Shown: positions 42,346-56,745, counted from the stretch's first letter. The stretch: 64,000 bases of DNA from the human T2T-CHM13v2.0 reference genome, Homo sapiens (GCF_009914755.1 NC_060937.1), one strand, 5' to 3'. The notes: a model not told the origin generated them from the sequence alone. Numbers and translations are program-made.

Positions 42346-44169
42346 AGAATATAATCATTTTGAAAGCACCTGGCTTTGTAGACAACTGCGTGAACTAATG
42401 TATATTGATCAAGACATGTGTCTCGTTAGGTAAAAACTGAAAGTAAAACTCATACACTTAAGATGTGAAAATAAACTCAGCATCTGGCGTAACACTAATT
42501 TCAAAAAGTAGTATATTAATTTCAAGTAGGAAATTAAAACAATAAAACTGTGATGTGAAAAATGTTCAACATTGATGCCTCTGACCTACTTCTGATGTCC
42601 AACATATTTACAATTCTCCCGAAGACATTTCTATTAGGTTAAAACCCATTAGTATTTGTGAACAAACACAGAGTTTCTACCATTCACTGGGCACTATTAG
42701 GTACTAGGTGTCCGGGGATATTTCTATTGCTGTTCTTAGCTCTATTGTTGGTTTACTTGGCCAGTGGTTGCTAGCTTTGCCAGTGTGTGTGTGTTTGTGT
42801 GTGTGTGTTACTTATCACAAGTTTCGTTAGCTTGACAAAGAGCTGTGTATATTCATTTACATGACAAATACTTTTTTTGGATTAGCAACTCTAATAAGTA
42901 CAGGGTATTTAGAAACTGTGTGTGTGTTTTTCTACCTGCAGTCGTAGTCTTAAGTATGTTTCTTAATAGCTATTGAACATAAGTTTAATATTAGCTGGAT
43001 GAATAAAGTATTAGTTACTGTATTCTCTTAAAAATAGACGTAGCTTTGTTACAGCACAGAAAACTGAGCTGACCTCTTACTAGATTGGCTAAAATGAATT
43101 CTGATTAAACATTTTGTAATGGTTTATAAAGTTCGCTTCTCTACAGTATATTAAAAGATTTGTTTAAATGTTGACTGTAAGTTTGGTAAAAATGACAAAG
43201 CGGTAAAAATGACATTTGGTAAAAATGACAAGGCTTACACTTTTTGATGATGTTCATTTTCCCCAAAAGTACAGCTAAAGCTTTATCCATTATAATGAGA
43301 GTTCAGAAAAGGCAAATGACCACCTCTTTTTTTAAACCAATATGTCTTTGTGCAGTAATTTTCTTGTGGCAAGTGGCATAATCTGGGCGAAGGTAGTGAT
43401 AAAACTCAGATATATTTCAAGAAAGCGAGTAAACACACTAATGACAATATTCGTATATTACATGCATCTGCTGCTTATGTACTTAAAAAAACTAAATAGG
43501 AAAATCTTACTCATCTCTGTAGAAAAACAGGGTAGAGATTACAACTTGGGGACTTCGTGATATTTTGTCTGTGTGCAGTTTGTCAGAAGTCAATTTATCT
43601 AAAGCTGGAAAAGGATATGGTTTGGCTGACTAAACTGTGTAGTGATACGAGTGATACGTAATGATAAAAATGCTTAGGGGAATTTTCGGGGCGCTCAAGT
43701 CAAGTGTACAGTGCTGTGTGGGTGTAAAAACCAGACTTCTCTCTCTGTGAAAGTTGCTGACATTTTATACCACATGCTGGACCGTTAAATCACAATTTAC
43801 GTGGTCACTTGTAAATACGCCTGGTGGTGGAGGGCGAGCTTGTTTGTGCACACTTTGACATGCTTCCCTGTTGTGTGCCTCTCCCCTTTTTAAATTGCAC
43901 TGGATACTTTTGTTCTGGAATCCTTGGCTGTCTAACCTGAAAGCAGTTTGGGTGAGAACTCTGGAACTGATTTATTTTCATAGGTGCTCCCTGAGGGGAG
44001 GTTTGAAGGATAATGCAGAAAAGCAAGCCTTCCAATCCTCCAACTAAAGTTCTCTAACTTGCTATTAACATGATTTCAGGCTTGCTAGAGTGCCCGAAAT
44101 TCTGACATGAAGGGATTCCTTCTTCCACCACTGGGATTTGGAAGTCCCTAGGATGTTTGAATGGGGCAT

Positions 44170-44770
44170 ATTATTTAAACTCATTTTCAGTCTCCTCATT
44201 GGTAAAATGGGGCTACTCATACTTATCAAAGAGGGTTTTTGTGGAGATCAAATGAGACAATGCAAGTCACTTACTTGATATATGCTTAATAGTGACAAAC
44301 ATAGTGATATATATATATTAATAGTGATAGTTATTGCAATTTTTCTTTTTGTTAGGGGGAAGAGGAGGACAAACAGGCCTTTAACATGGTGGAGAATTTG
44401 TTTCCCTTCCAAATACAGTTGGAGGATTACAGAATTGATGCTCAAAGAGAAGGCTTTGCTTTCATTGCTTAAGAGGGTTTCTTGGAGAGGTTCAGCAAGA
44501 GAAACACAAAATGAGATGTAGAAAGGGGATGGGGAAGGAGACTGCATACTAATGTGTTTCATTTCCAAGTGCTTTAACTTTTCTAAGCACTAAGTCATCT
44601 GCTAACTTGTCTTCATAATATATGGGTAAAGTTGGCAGGGTGGGTATCCCTTTCTACGGGTGAGGAAACTGGAGTGTGGACAGATAAACTCACCTGTTGT
44701 CACACAACAAATCAGTGGTACAGTTGGGATTAGGACCCATGTCTCATACTCTGAGCACAGCAGTCTCTCT
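44170..44770. mobile_element. Two MIR relics (+ 44170-44300, - 44580-44770)
   Basis: tcagtctcctcattggtaaaatgggg; ggtgaggaaactggag...gtcacacaac. Confidence 0.7.
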
Positions 44771-45804
44771 ATTAGGTGACATTCTCAGAGTTCAATAATT
44801 TCTTTCACAGTTTTGTGTTCAGACCTGGGGTCCCCATTGCTGAGCCTATTATTGGCACCTTACAAAATATCACATATGAGAAAGGTTGTAGTCTCTTGGT
44901 CCAAAGGACTACTTTCACCTGGAGATGGTTGGAGTTGTAGTATCTGAGTTAGATAAGTTTTCACTTCACGGTCATGGGTGGAGGTCTTTCTTGGACTTGG
45001 GCCAGGAAGAATCACTGACCAGGAAGGTCACACAAGGCCTGAGTCCTTTCTAACACCATCTGTGCACTGTATTTCAGGGCCTAGTGGCTGCATTGAAAGG
45101 AATGGAAAGTAGTTGCTGGTTATGTTGAGAAATATCAGGAAAGTGTGATGCCTTTCTCCTGTATTCCCTCTTCCCTCCCTCATTTTTTCACTTTATTGAT
45201 AAAAATAATCCCAAAAGATCAGAGAGGGGTTCTATAGGTGTTAAACCACTGTGTTATGACTTGAACTACAAAGCCCTTGGGGGCATTCAATTTCCTCATG
45301 TTTTGGGGTAGCAGCAAAATTTAATTTTAGGTAGAAAAGGGTTAACTTAGGGGCAATGTAATTCCCAAATTATCAGTGTGAAAATCATCTAACTGTATGT
45401 GAAAAATCCAATAATGTTAAAGGTAATTATCTGGGAAAGTAAAAATAATACACAGGTCTTTGGCCAGAAATAAGGATTTGGAACATTTCTCTATGCATAG
45501 AGAGTTCTCTAGTAGGCAAATTTAGATTCATGTCAGTCATTAAAGGTCCCTGTGAAGTATTTAGTTTATCAATTTAGCGCTACATTTTTCTACAAAGAAG
45601 AGTTGGAGTGGTTTAGGTAAGAACACAGATATGCTAAAACCAAACCAGATGAACCCAAGACAGAAACTAGAAAGAAGGCAGAAGGAGAGGATGAAGGTGT
45701 AGCAGTGAGAAGCCTGTTGGAGGAAAGTTTGAGTCAGTGAATGTAAGCACTTTAGCTTCCTTGTGGCCTGGAGAGCAGGTATTTTTTGGCTATTTTCTTT
45801 TTTT

Positions 45805-46030
45805 ATACATGTATCTCCAGCACTAGAAGAGTGCCTGACCTGTAGTTGCTCAATCAATACTTGCTGAATAAAAATATATGAAAATCTGTCAAATAAAGGG
45901 TTTAAAAAAGCTGGACTAAAATGTTGAAAATGATTAAAGCTGGGTGATGGGTTCATGGGAGTCTACTAGACTATTCTCCTCTACATTTGTGTGTGATTGA
46001 GAAATTTTATAACAAAAGCTTAAAAAAATA
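45805..46030 (+). mobile_element. L2 3' end and L1ME 3' end fragments
   Basis: tgtatctccagcactagaagagtgcctgac...gctcaatcaatacttgctgaat; aagctgggtgatgggttcatgggag...actattctc. Confidence 0.75.
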
Positions 46031-46356
46031 ACAAAGAAGACTAGACACTGTAATCACTGGAAATAACCAGACATTAAAAAATCTTTGTTTCCCTTTTTGT
46101 TACAGGGCAAGCAAGTAAAAAGACATTTTATATTACTAAACACTATCATATGCTAGACAGTAGTAAAACTATAGTCCCCAAGTTTATCTTTGAAGGACTC
46201 CAATGGCAAGATTTTTAATAAACAAAGCTGATCATCTCATCTGTATCATTATTTCTTATTATCACTCTATTATCATGGACTCCCAGGAATCTTGGAGATG
46301 AATTTGTTCACCTCCTCTAAGAGGAATCATCATCATTGTCCACTCCCTGTCAGCAC

Positions 46357-46647
46357 TTTTTTTTGAGATGGAGTTTTACTCTTGTTGTCCAGGTTGGAGT
46401 GCAATGGCATGATCTGAGCTCACTGCAACCTCTGCCTCCTTGGTTCAAGTGATTCTCCTGCCTCAGCCTCCCGAGTAGCTGGGCCTACAGGCACGTGCCA
46501 CCACGCCTGGCTAATTTTTGTACTTTTAGTAGAGTCAGGGTTTCACCATGTTGGCCAGGCTGGTCTTGAGCTCTTGACCTCAGGAGATCCGCCCGCCTCA
46601 GACTCCCAAAGTGCTGGGATTACAGACTTGAGCCACCGCACCCGGCC
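46357..46647 (-). mobile_element. AluS (Sq/Sp-like) inserted at the tail of the neighbouring Alu
   Basis: 'gagttttactcttgttgtccagg'; lies inside the TSD pair of the 46653-46961 Alu. Confidence 0.95.
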
Positions 46648-46652
46648 CACTA

Positions 46653-46961
46653 TTTTTTTTTTTTTTTTTTTTTTTTTGGAGACAGAGTCTTGCTCTTTCA
46701 CCAAGACTGGAGTGCAGAGGCACAATCTTGGCTTACTGCAACCTTCACCCCCTGGGTTCAAGCAATTCTCCTGCCTCAGCCTCCTGAGTAGCTGAGATTA
46801 CAGGCACTTGCCACAATGCCTGGCTAATTTTTATATTTTCTAGTAGAGACGGGGTTTTGCCACGTTGACCAGGCTTGTCTTGAACTCCTGAGCTCAAGTG
46901 ATACTCCAGCCTGGGCCTCTTAAAATGCTGGGATTACAGGCATGAGCCACTGTGCCCGACC
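46653..46961 (-). mobile_element. Alu (S/J)
   Basis: Long poly-T tail; TSD ccctgtcagca at 46345-46355 and 46961-46971 brackets both Alus. Confidence 0.95.
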
Positions 46962-47468
46962 CCTGTCAGCAGTTTTGCTCTTCCCCTCTCTCCCTCCAGG
47001 CCAGAGGCCATGATCTACATCCAACTTCTCTGCAAATTCCTGAACTCTGACTCGATTGTCCCTGTCAATCCTGCCTTTGTGTCTTCCCTTTGAACCTCAC
47101 TTTCTGATTCTCCTGGCTTCTCTTCTTGACTGTCCCTTCTTGTCTTGCCCCGTTCAGGTGTAGGAACCTGGCCTCAGTCCTAATGAGGCTCCTTCAGGAT
47201 GCAGCCTCTGTGAGCTGCTTTTGGCTTGTCATGTAACAGCTCTGGCTAGGACTGTGCTGTGTAGGGAGTACCGTCCAGGCACCCAGGGTTGCTGGTCATT
47301 ACTTTCCTCCTGGCCCCCTGCCCTTTGGGTATGCATGACCTGATAAGGAGCTTAAGGAAACCCACATTAATAGCACTAAATTAGGCTCTATGGAAAGAGA
47401 ACTCCACAGTCAGGATCTTTGTGCACTCAGGACGGGAAGCATGGACACCCTGGAGAGCATTTGTATTA

Positions 47469-47828
<360 letters not shown>

Positions 47829-47838
47829 AAATGTTATA

Positions 47839-48467
47839 CAGTTGCTTCTCATTATTCATGGTAGTTATGGTCTGTAAAGTTGCCATGAATACTGAATTAG
47901 TGAATACTGAAACATCCCATCTGGGGTAAATACAGCTTCTGGTCACAACAGTTCCTCAACTGATCAATACGTAATCTTGTTTTATGTGTATTTCTATTTA
48001 AAAAGACGTTATTACTTATGTATTGTTGATTTATTAACATTGAACTTAGAGCCTACAGCACTATTCCTGAAAAGTTAATTCCAGAATGAAGCTAATCTAA
48101 CATACATATTTTCTCCTGAGGCACATTTCAGCCTTCTTGCACTTAGAAACACTAGTCAGAATGTTAGCACTATACTTGGGGTCCATTTTAAACAGTGAAA
48201 TCAGCAAAAAAAGCACAAAAATGCAAAAAAAGTAGCACAGCAAAAAGGACACTTGTTTATACTACAAGAGCTGAAACAAGAACACAGTGTGTTGCTTTGT
48301 TTGACCTCAGCTAGGAATGTGTGCATTGGGTGACTCAAATTTTATGCGGCTCTGCGCATGTCTGCAAATGTCCACGAAAGTGCTGTATTGATTTGGGGGT
48401 TATAAAAAAATTTTAGTGAGCAAGGGAATTCACAAATACAGAATCCATAAATAATGAGAATCAACTG
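47839..48467. mobile_element. MER82-like Tigger-derived DNA transposon
   Basis: TIRs cagttgcttctcattatt ... aataatgagaatcaactg; TA TSD. Confidence 0.87.
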
Positions 48468-49576
48468 TATCTCCATTAAGTTAGCATGATATGTCATTAT
48501 ATTTAATAAAACAAAACATGCAATTTACTATATGTATGTTATAAAATATATGTAGCCATGTAAAATCGTGGTTCTTAATTCCATATCTTTGAGCCAGGAT
48601 ATCTGAGATGATAAAATTAGATTTCTAGATGAGCTATAAAAATTTAAAATATATAATCTCAGGCTTTACATCTTTAGGCTGTAGATGTTTATCTACTTCT
48701 GTATACTTTATATACATATGATATCATATATTTTACCACATGTATAAGTGTACAATCTTAAATCTTCCTTTATTGCAGTGGAAAAAGTTGAACTGAGACA
48801 ATTTTCAGTGATTATCTGAAATATCATGTTTATATTTAAAGAATATATTAAAATCTAAACACTATAAATCTGACCTAAAATATTTTTTATTTCCTCCTTC
48901 ACCTTGGTGAAGAGTTGTGAGCAGAAGGTATATATTATTATTATCACACCATAAAAACTATTTCCAAATTTACGTCTCCAATCTCTTCAAAGGACAGAAA
49001 ACTTTCACATTTAAAATACTATGAAGATAAAGTGCCTTAGCTTTAAGCAAAAAATTAACCATTCCAAGGGCAGTGATCATATGGAATACATTATTAGGAG
49101 CTTTCCCAGAGAAACAAAAGAGAATTTAGTCAAAATTTTGGTTCAGCAAAACAAGGGATAGGAAAATGAAGGTTTCAGAATAGGAAGGCACACTGAACTC
49201 TGCAGCTGGAGTTTCCTCAGATGTATTTCTGTTTCCCTAGTCTCGAGAGCTGGGCTTTTGCAACTCACTGTTATAGGGTGATTATATCATTGTCACTTCA
49301 TCTTCCATGGGTGCAGCAGGATGGTGGAATTTTGGGGGTGGCATGTTTTCAGTGCATTGTGGTCATGAGAAGAGTCCCTCTTTAGAAACTACTGATGCTT
49401 GATGCAGTGGTAGAAAAAACTATCCAGGAAGATAAACTAGGGCGATATATAATCTTTTCCCGCTAGCCATCCAAAATTTTCCTAAATATTACATAGACAA
49501 GGAAAATAAAGCATTAAAAGTCCATCTAGATACTAAGGAGGAGTAGGGAAAGACATTACAAAACACAAAATAACTA

Positions 49577-50513
49577 CAGTCATGTGCCAAATAATGACAT
49601 TTGGGTCAACAACAGACCTCATATACAACACTGGTCCCATGAGATTATAATGGAGCTGAAAAATTCCTATCACCTAGTGATGTCGTAGCTATCATGATAT
49701 TGTAGGGCAATATATTACTCACGTGTTTGTGGTGATGCTGGTGTAAACAAACCTACCATGCTACCAGTCATATAAAAGCACCTATAATTATGTACAGTAC
49801 ATAATACTTACTAATGCTAATAAATGACTGTTACTGGTTTACGTATTTACTATACTATTTATCGTTATGTTAGAGTGTACTCCTTCTACTTATATTTTAA
49901 AAAGTTAATTGTAAAACAGCTTCAGGCAGGTCCTTCAGGAAGTATCCAGAAGAAGGTGTTGTTATCATAGGAGATGACGGCTCACACATGTTACTGCCCC
50001 TGAAGACTTCCTTTGGGATAAGATATGGATGTGGAAGACAATGATATTGATAATCCTGACTCTGTGTAGGCCAAGGCTAATGTGTGCTTTTGTGTTCTGG
50101 TTTTTAACAAAAATGTTTACATTAAAAAAATTAAAAAACAGAAAAAAGCATATAGAATAAGGATATAAAGGACGAATGTTTTGTACAACTGTACAATGTG
50201 TTTGTGTTTTAAACCAAATATTTTTATAAAAGTCAAAAAGGCTAAAAAATGAAAGTTACAAAGAAAAAAGTTACAGTAAGGTAAAGTCAATTTATTATTA
50301 AAGAAAGAAAAATCTTTTTTATAAATCTAGGGTTGCCTAAGTGTAGGTGTTTCTAAAGTCTACAGTAGTGAACAATCATTACTAGGCCGTCACATTCACT
50401 CCCCACTCACTCACCGACTCACCCAGAGCAAATTCTGGTCCTGCAAGCTCCATTCATGGTAAGTGCCCTATACAGGTGCACCATTTTTCATCTTTTATAC
50501 TGTGTTTTTACTA
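49577..50513. mobile_element. Tigger3b (Golem/MER7)-like, right end missing
   Basis: TA|cagtcatgtgcc..ataatgacattt.ggtcaac...ggtcccatgagattataatggagctgaaaaattcc; no right TIR found. Confidence 0.88.
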
Positions 50514-51294
50514 TCAGCGATACATCTCTCATCCCCCAGTGTGTGGTCAGGCTCACTGAGCAGATTCCACTGAAAATAGTCTTCGTTTTGCACACTTAAA
50601 AATTCTTTCCAAACAAGTGTTTCTTTTTAACATTCCCAAAGCAGATTGACTTTTTGAGTTTTGTATTGCTTCCAACTCTCTCAATGTCAGAGGCCTCAAA
50701 TTAATTCCAACATCCCCTTGCTGTTTTCCCTTAAGAAGCTGTGATGGTGTTGCATTCACTTTGGATTCAGTCCATTTGTGTTTATTGGAAGGCCCCTTGA
50801 ATCAGCATTTCCACTGCTCTCCCACATTTGTCATGGTCCTAGAAATGCTTATGATTAGGATGGGGATCTTGATAGTAGTCTCCATCACCTTTACTTCATC
50901 CCATGGTTATGAACAGTTGTATCCAGTTAAAATAAGAAAGAAGTCATGTGGAAAAAAGGGGGACAATTGAATATTATTAGAGCCTCAAGGAAGGAAGGAA
51001 GGCCACAGGGTGAAAACCATTGCATATTAAGTAGCTAAGCCTAATAGAAGCCAAAGGAAACAGCAGCAAACTGTTACAGAAAATTCTTTTGAACTGCCCT
51101 CCGCCCACTCTCTCCCCACTGCTGTTGGTGACACGTGGACAGAAATCCCCCTGCACGTAGACACACATATGCCTGCCTTGACTTCTGATTGACCTTATCC
51201 CTTGAACATCAGGCTTAGGCCACTTTCATGGATTCTCATGTGAACGTTCATGCCTAATGCCTGACTGCATGCCCTCCGCACCAGCCACTAATAA

Positions 51295-51965
51295 GAAGAA
51301 GGAGGCTTCCCCTGGCCACCCAAGATGAGGCAGTGCCCACCTTCCCTCTTGTCACATTCTATTACATCATCACATTTTATTTCTCTGCCTAGGACTTACC
51401 ACTGTCTCGTGTATTCATTAGTTGACTTGTTTATTATCTGTCTTCCCCAACCAGAATGTAATTCTGCGGAGAGGCTCTGTCTGGTTTAGTGTAATCTCCA
51501 AGGCCTAGCACTGTCCTTGGCATGGAGTAGCCCCCAGGAAATATTCGTTGACTGACTGACTATGAAATGGTGGAAGAGGAACTTTGCTCCATGAGTTGTG
51601 AGTGTATGCACAGCACAGGTGTTCAGAGTGATTTTCCCTCCCCCACGTTCACTACAAAAAGTACCCTCAGTTACAGGCCCAGGGGTAATGGCATCACCGC
51701 ATTGTTGACTCAACTTGTAACTGACTTCTAGCTCTGTTTCTGACTTAGTTTTGGCCTTTGGGACAGGTCAGGAGGGTGCAGCAAAAACAAATACACCAGA
51801 TGACTAGAAGCTGGGATCTTGGGTTGCAGGCTTGGTTTCAGCTCTGACTCACTGTGTAAACCATGGGTGACTCACTTAACCTCTCTAATTCTGCTTCTTC
51901 ATCCATCAAATATAGAGGTTAGATAGATGACACTTCAGATCCCTTGTAATTCTTCCATTCTATAA
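51295..51965 (+). mobile_element. L2 3' end (51295-51565) and MIR (51800-51965)
   Basis: ttgtttattatctgtcttcccc..ccagaatgtaa...cctagcactgtccttggcat; gctctgactcactgtgt...tcacttaacctctct. Confidence 0.72.
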
Positions 51966-52371
51966 TGTTCCCCTTTACCTTTCTTTAAGTGTGAGCACAG
52001 CCTAGTCTCTTCATGCAGGAGTAAACATACTTACAAAATGTCCTGCAACACTTAGGGAAATGCCACCACAAACATTCCGAGAGCAGCATTGCTGTGAACT
52101 GCACCACTCTCCTTTTGTTCCATTGAAGATTTCAGAACACATGCTTCTTTGCTCTGCACTTTAGGAATCTTTGTACTTGAAGTGGATTATCCTTTATTTT
52201 TATATAGCATTTAATCTGAGGATATCAAGATTTATTTGCAACCTGCCATTGAGTACTATTGTTTTTTAAAAAATGAAAGGATGACTTGCTGAAATTATAA
52301 GAATCACTCATACTGTAGTTGTAGCTGTGTAGCTGTTGATGCTACACATTGGAAATTCAGTTACAAAATAG

Positions 52372-52679
<308 letters not shown>

Positions 52680-52819
52680 AAATATTTATTTTTTAAATTA
52701 ATACATGCACAGCAGAATTCCATGATAAACACCTGCTTATTACATGAATTAAGTCTATCACTTGCCAAAATGTCTGAGCCCCACAAATGACTGGGTCTAC
52801 TGAGTATGCTTCCCGACAC

Positions 52820-53126
52820 TTTTATTTTTATTTATTTATTTATTTTTTGAGATGGAGTCTCCTTCTGTTACCCAGGCTGGAGTGCAGTGGTGCAATCTCA
52901 CTGCAACCTCCACCTCCTGGGTTCAAGTGATTCTCCAGCCTCAGCCTCCCGAGTAACTGGGCTTACAGGCGGGTGCCACTACGCGGGGATAATTTTTGTA
53001 TTTTTTGTAGAGACAGGGTTCCGCCATATTGCTTGGGCTGGTCTTGAACTCCTGGGCCCAAGCGATCCGCCCACCTCAGCCTCCCAAAGTGCTGGGATTA
53101 CAGGCGTGAGCCACTGCCCCCGGCGC
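52820..53126 (-). mobile_element. Alu (S/J)
   Basis: (ttta)n tail, full antisense body ending gagccactgcccccggc. Confidence 0.94.
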
Positions 53127-53379
53127 CAACACTCATTTGCTCTTCAACCAACTGAGATTTGACTCTTTCTCTTTAGTTTGCTGAATCTTCTGTTGCTTTA
53201 TAATGGCTGTTGCCATCTAAAATCCAAACTTACGGTCGTGTGTTAATTTCTATCTTATTTGATAGATTCACAGCAGGTTTTTGTGCCTTCTTACTAGGTC
53301 CCACTTGGCATTCATGCTGGGTTACACATCTATGTTCTGTACACTCTTTTCTGTGTACCTGGGATGTGTTCTCAATCTC

Positions 53380-53675
53380 ATCTGCCTGGCAAACCCATTT
53401 TTGAAGATACTACTCAAACATTTCATCCTCTTTGAAGCCTTTCTGACCCACTCTTCCTGTGCTGGGAACAACTGGCTTCTCTTTTCTGAACTAATGTTAT
53501 GCCAATAAACACCAGAGTAAGGGAATTTATTCCATATTCCATTATTTCTTTTTGCATGTCTGTATCACCTACTGAGAATTCATTGTGGATAATGATTTTC
53601 TTTTTAATTTTTATATTCTTAGGCATTGCCTAGTGCTCTCAATAAGTATTTGTTGAATAAATAAATGAATGAATT
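53380..53675 (+). mobile_element. L2 3' end
   Basis: cctctttgaagcctttctgacc...ctcaataagtatttgttgaataaataaatgaatgaat. Confidence 0.7.
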
Positions 53676-54853
53676 ACTGAAAATACAGTGACTTAATTTC
53701 TGGCCCCAACACTTACGTTTTAGAAAGGTTTTGATCTCTGCCTGTGAAATGCTCTTTGAAATGGCTTTCTGAGTAGTAATGGGATTGGAAGAGTTCGGAG
53801 AATTCCATGTATCCTATGGTGATGTCTGGAGTGAAACATGGTATGAATCAAATTGCATTTTAGTTTAAATTAACTCATCCAATTAAGAGAAGTTAATTAG
53901 ATTAACCTGCCAGCAAGGGATTAGAACTGGTATTATGATGACTAGTTTCTTCCTCATAATAATGAATGTGAAATTTCACTAATGGAGTGAAATTTGTGCA
54001 GCCACCCATGGATTGATTGAATTGGCAAAAATTCAAATAAGTTAAAAAAATATGGCTCTCATTGCTTTTGACTAATTTATAATTTTTAATTGAAAAAATG
54101 ATTTATTATCAGTGTTAAAGAAGACTTAAAGAAATAAATAAATCACTGATAAATCTGTCATCCTAAGCAGCAGATGTTTTTGAGTTAAATATAACTTTTG
54201 CATACATGTATATTTTTATATAGTTGTATCATGGTATGTTTTTCATTTTTCTATAGGCTTCCCATATGTGATCATCTATAATGAATGTATAGCAATATTT
54301 ACCAAAATATATTCTACAGAATGCTATTTTCTTGAGATTTAATTGACATTACTTGGGGATAATAAAACATCACTGAAGTCAAATAAGTTTGGGAAATTAT
54401 AAAAGTAAACAAATTTCTTCACTGTAGTATTTCTGAAAGCCTATAATATTGTAAAATGCTTTTTTAAAAGATGAGGATTTGACACATATTCTCCAAATTA
54501 ATATTTACGTGAAATGTTTTCTTTTTACACTATGAAAAACTGTCACACTAAAAACTGTTTAGAACATACTTTGGGAATCAGTGATGGGTAGAATTCTGTG
54601 GTGCTGCAATAACCTAATTTACTACCCCATTCCTCTACTGTTGGACAAGGATGTTCAAACCCAAGTTTCTTAACGTGGTCGACACATCCATGTAGGGTCT
54701 GGTCCCTCTTGGCCTCATCTCCCACCCTCTTCCCCCTTGCTCACTGTGCTCTTAACACCTTGGTTTCCTTCAGTTTCTGGAACTCACTAACCTCTCCCCC
54801 CATGTCAGGCAGGGCTTTTGCACATGCTAATTTGCCTCTTATAGATAATAGTA

Positions 54854-55148
54854 CTTTTTTTTTTTTGAGATGGAGTCTCACTCTGTTACCCAGACTGGAG
54901 TGCAGTGGCATGATCTCGGCTCTACAACCTCCGCCTCCCAGGTTCAGGTGATTCTCCTGCCTCAGCCTCCCAAGTAGCTGGGACTACAGGCATGCACCAC
55001 TACACTCAGCTAATTTTTGTAGTTTTAGTAGAGATGGGGTTTCACCATGTTGGTTGGCCAGGATGGTCTCTATCTCTTGACCTCGTGATCCACCCACCTC
55101 AGACTCCCAAAGTGCTGGGATTATAGGCATGAGCCACCATGCCCACTC
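54854..55148 (-). mobile_element. AluSc-like
   Basis: 'ggatggtctctatctcttgacctcgtgatcc'; TSD gataa(a)tagtac on both sides. Confidence 0.94.
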
Positions 55149-56679
55149 TGATAAATAGTACATTTATCATGTTTCCTTTTATCGAATTATTTCCCAACTT
55201 ACTACCCATTTTCAGGAGACATAATTAGTAACATAAAGAAATCTAGTACTATTGGTTTCATTTTGAACCAGCACTGTGCTGCATGGCATTTTCCTGTCTT
55301 TCCAGTAACAGCCAATCACAGCTCACTATTATGGATGTCAGCCTCAACAAAACCAAAAGAGCAAGGCACATAATCGATCACAATGCCAAGACCAGTGACT
55401 TTCAGATCAGTTATTCTATTCTCTCTGTGGATGAGATCCATTGAGGGTCGGCCAGATGTCTTTTTTCAGGGGTTTTTCAGAATATATGTTTCATGTTGTT
55501 ACACATCATTGCTCACAAGGATTTTGCTCAGTGTGACAAGGAAGTGGCAGTTTGCTTGCTCCTTCCACACTCTTGAAGGCCTATGGTGCTCTAAAGGAAG
55601 TGAAGGGTGACTGTTGACCTAGTTAGAGCAGCCTCCCAAGAATGCAAAATGAGACCTGGGGGACACACATCCTACTCTGTATTTTGCAGCTCATCAGTAA
55701 TTTTATTAGGAAAGAAGATGAAAGTATAGAAGGAATAATTATCAAAAAGTATAAGTGACCCCAAATCATAGAGTAAGGTTTTTGGTCTAACCCATTGATT
55801 TTACAGATGAGGAATGGCAGATCCAGGGCTGAGACCACAACACAACTTCAGGAGGAGGCATTCGCATAGACAATGGGATGAATGGGGCCCCCTGGAGTTG
55901 TTCAGTGGGTTAGCCCTGTTCAGAGAAGTTAAGAGACTTGTCCAAGGTCACTTTGTAGGTTTAGCCTGCTGTTCTTTTGTGTTTGATGATAGAATAGGCA
56001 TGAACTAGAGAATTACAATTTGGACTGGCTACAGTGATAGTCTAAAATTAGTGTAAAGCCAAAAGTATAAACTCAGTTTAAGTTTTGAAATGAATTGACT
56101 CAATCAAGGTGGGGGACATATTGGCTTGACAGCATTTAAATTAAAAAAGTCTCAGTGAGGAGTTAGTTGGCCATAAGCACTGTGTTAGGCAACCTGAGGT
56201 CTGCAGTGGTAAAGTGATTTATTGGAATCCTATGCTGGAGTGATAGAGACAGTGCATCCCACACCCCTGTACTGACTAGGACGCAACTGAAATTTTGCAC
56301 TGAGTTCAAGGAGTCATATTTTTTAAAGGGACAATAATAAATCTTTGATCTCCAAGGTCATGTGCAGGGCACTTAGTACCAACTCAATGGATGTTTATTC
56401 AGTTAGTTTGTTGCTAAACTAACTATGCTGTATGTAAAGTGCCTGACACATAGTAGGTGCCCAGAAATGTTAGTTTTTATTCTCTTTTCCGGAGGAGGAC
56501 AATGAGATTGCTATAGATTCTTGCAAACATGCTGACTAAAGAACCCGTGAGGAAGTTAGGAATTACTGTGAATCTTTGAGTCTTCTAACACTGAGAGCCT
56601 GATTCTCTGCTTTATTTAAATAATAATAAACAGGATTTATTATTAAGATCTCATTGGAACTGTAGAAATGTCAGTGAGT

Positions 56680-56745
56680 CTCCCTCCCTCCCTCACTCCC
56701 TTCCTCTCTTTCTTCCTCCCTTCCTCACTTCCTTCCTTCCTTCCT
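56680..56745. repeat. Pyrimidine-rich (CCCT/CCTT)n tract
   Basis: ctccctccctccctcactcccttcctctcttt...ccttccttccttcc. Confidence 0.85.

Noticed and set aside
43185-43230. Short repeats as a CRISPR-like array
   Set aside because: Mammalian DNA, 13-bp units with 3-4 bp gaps, no spacers or cas genes.
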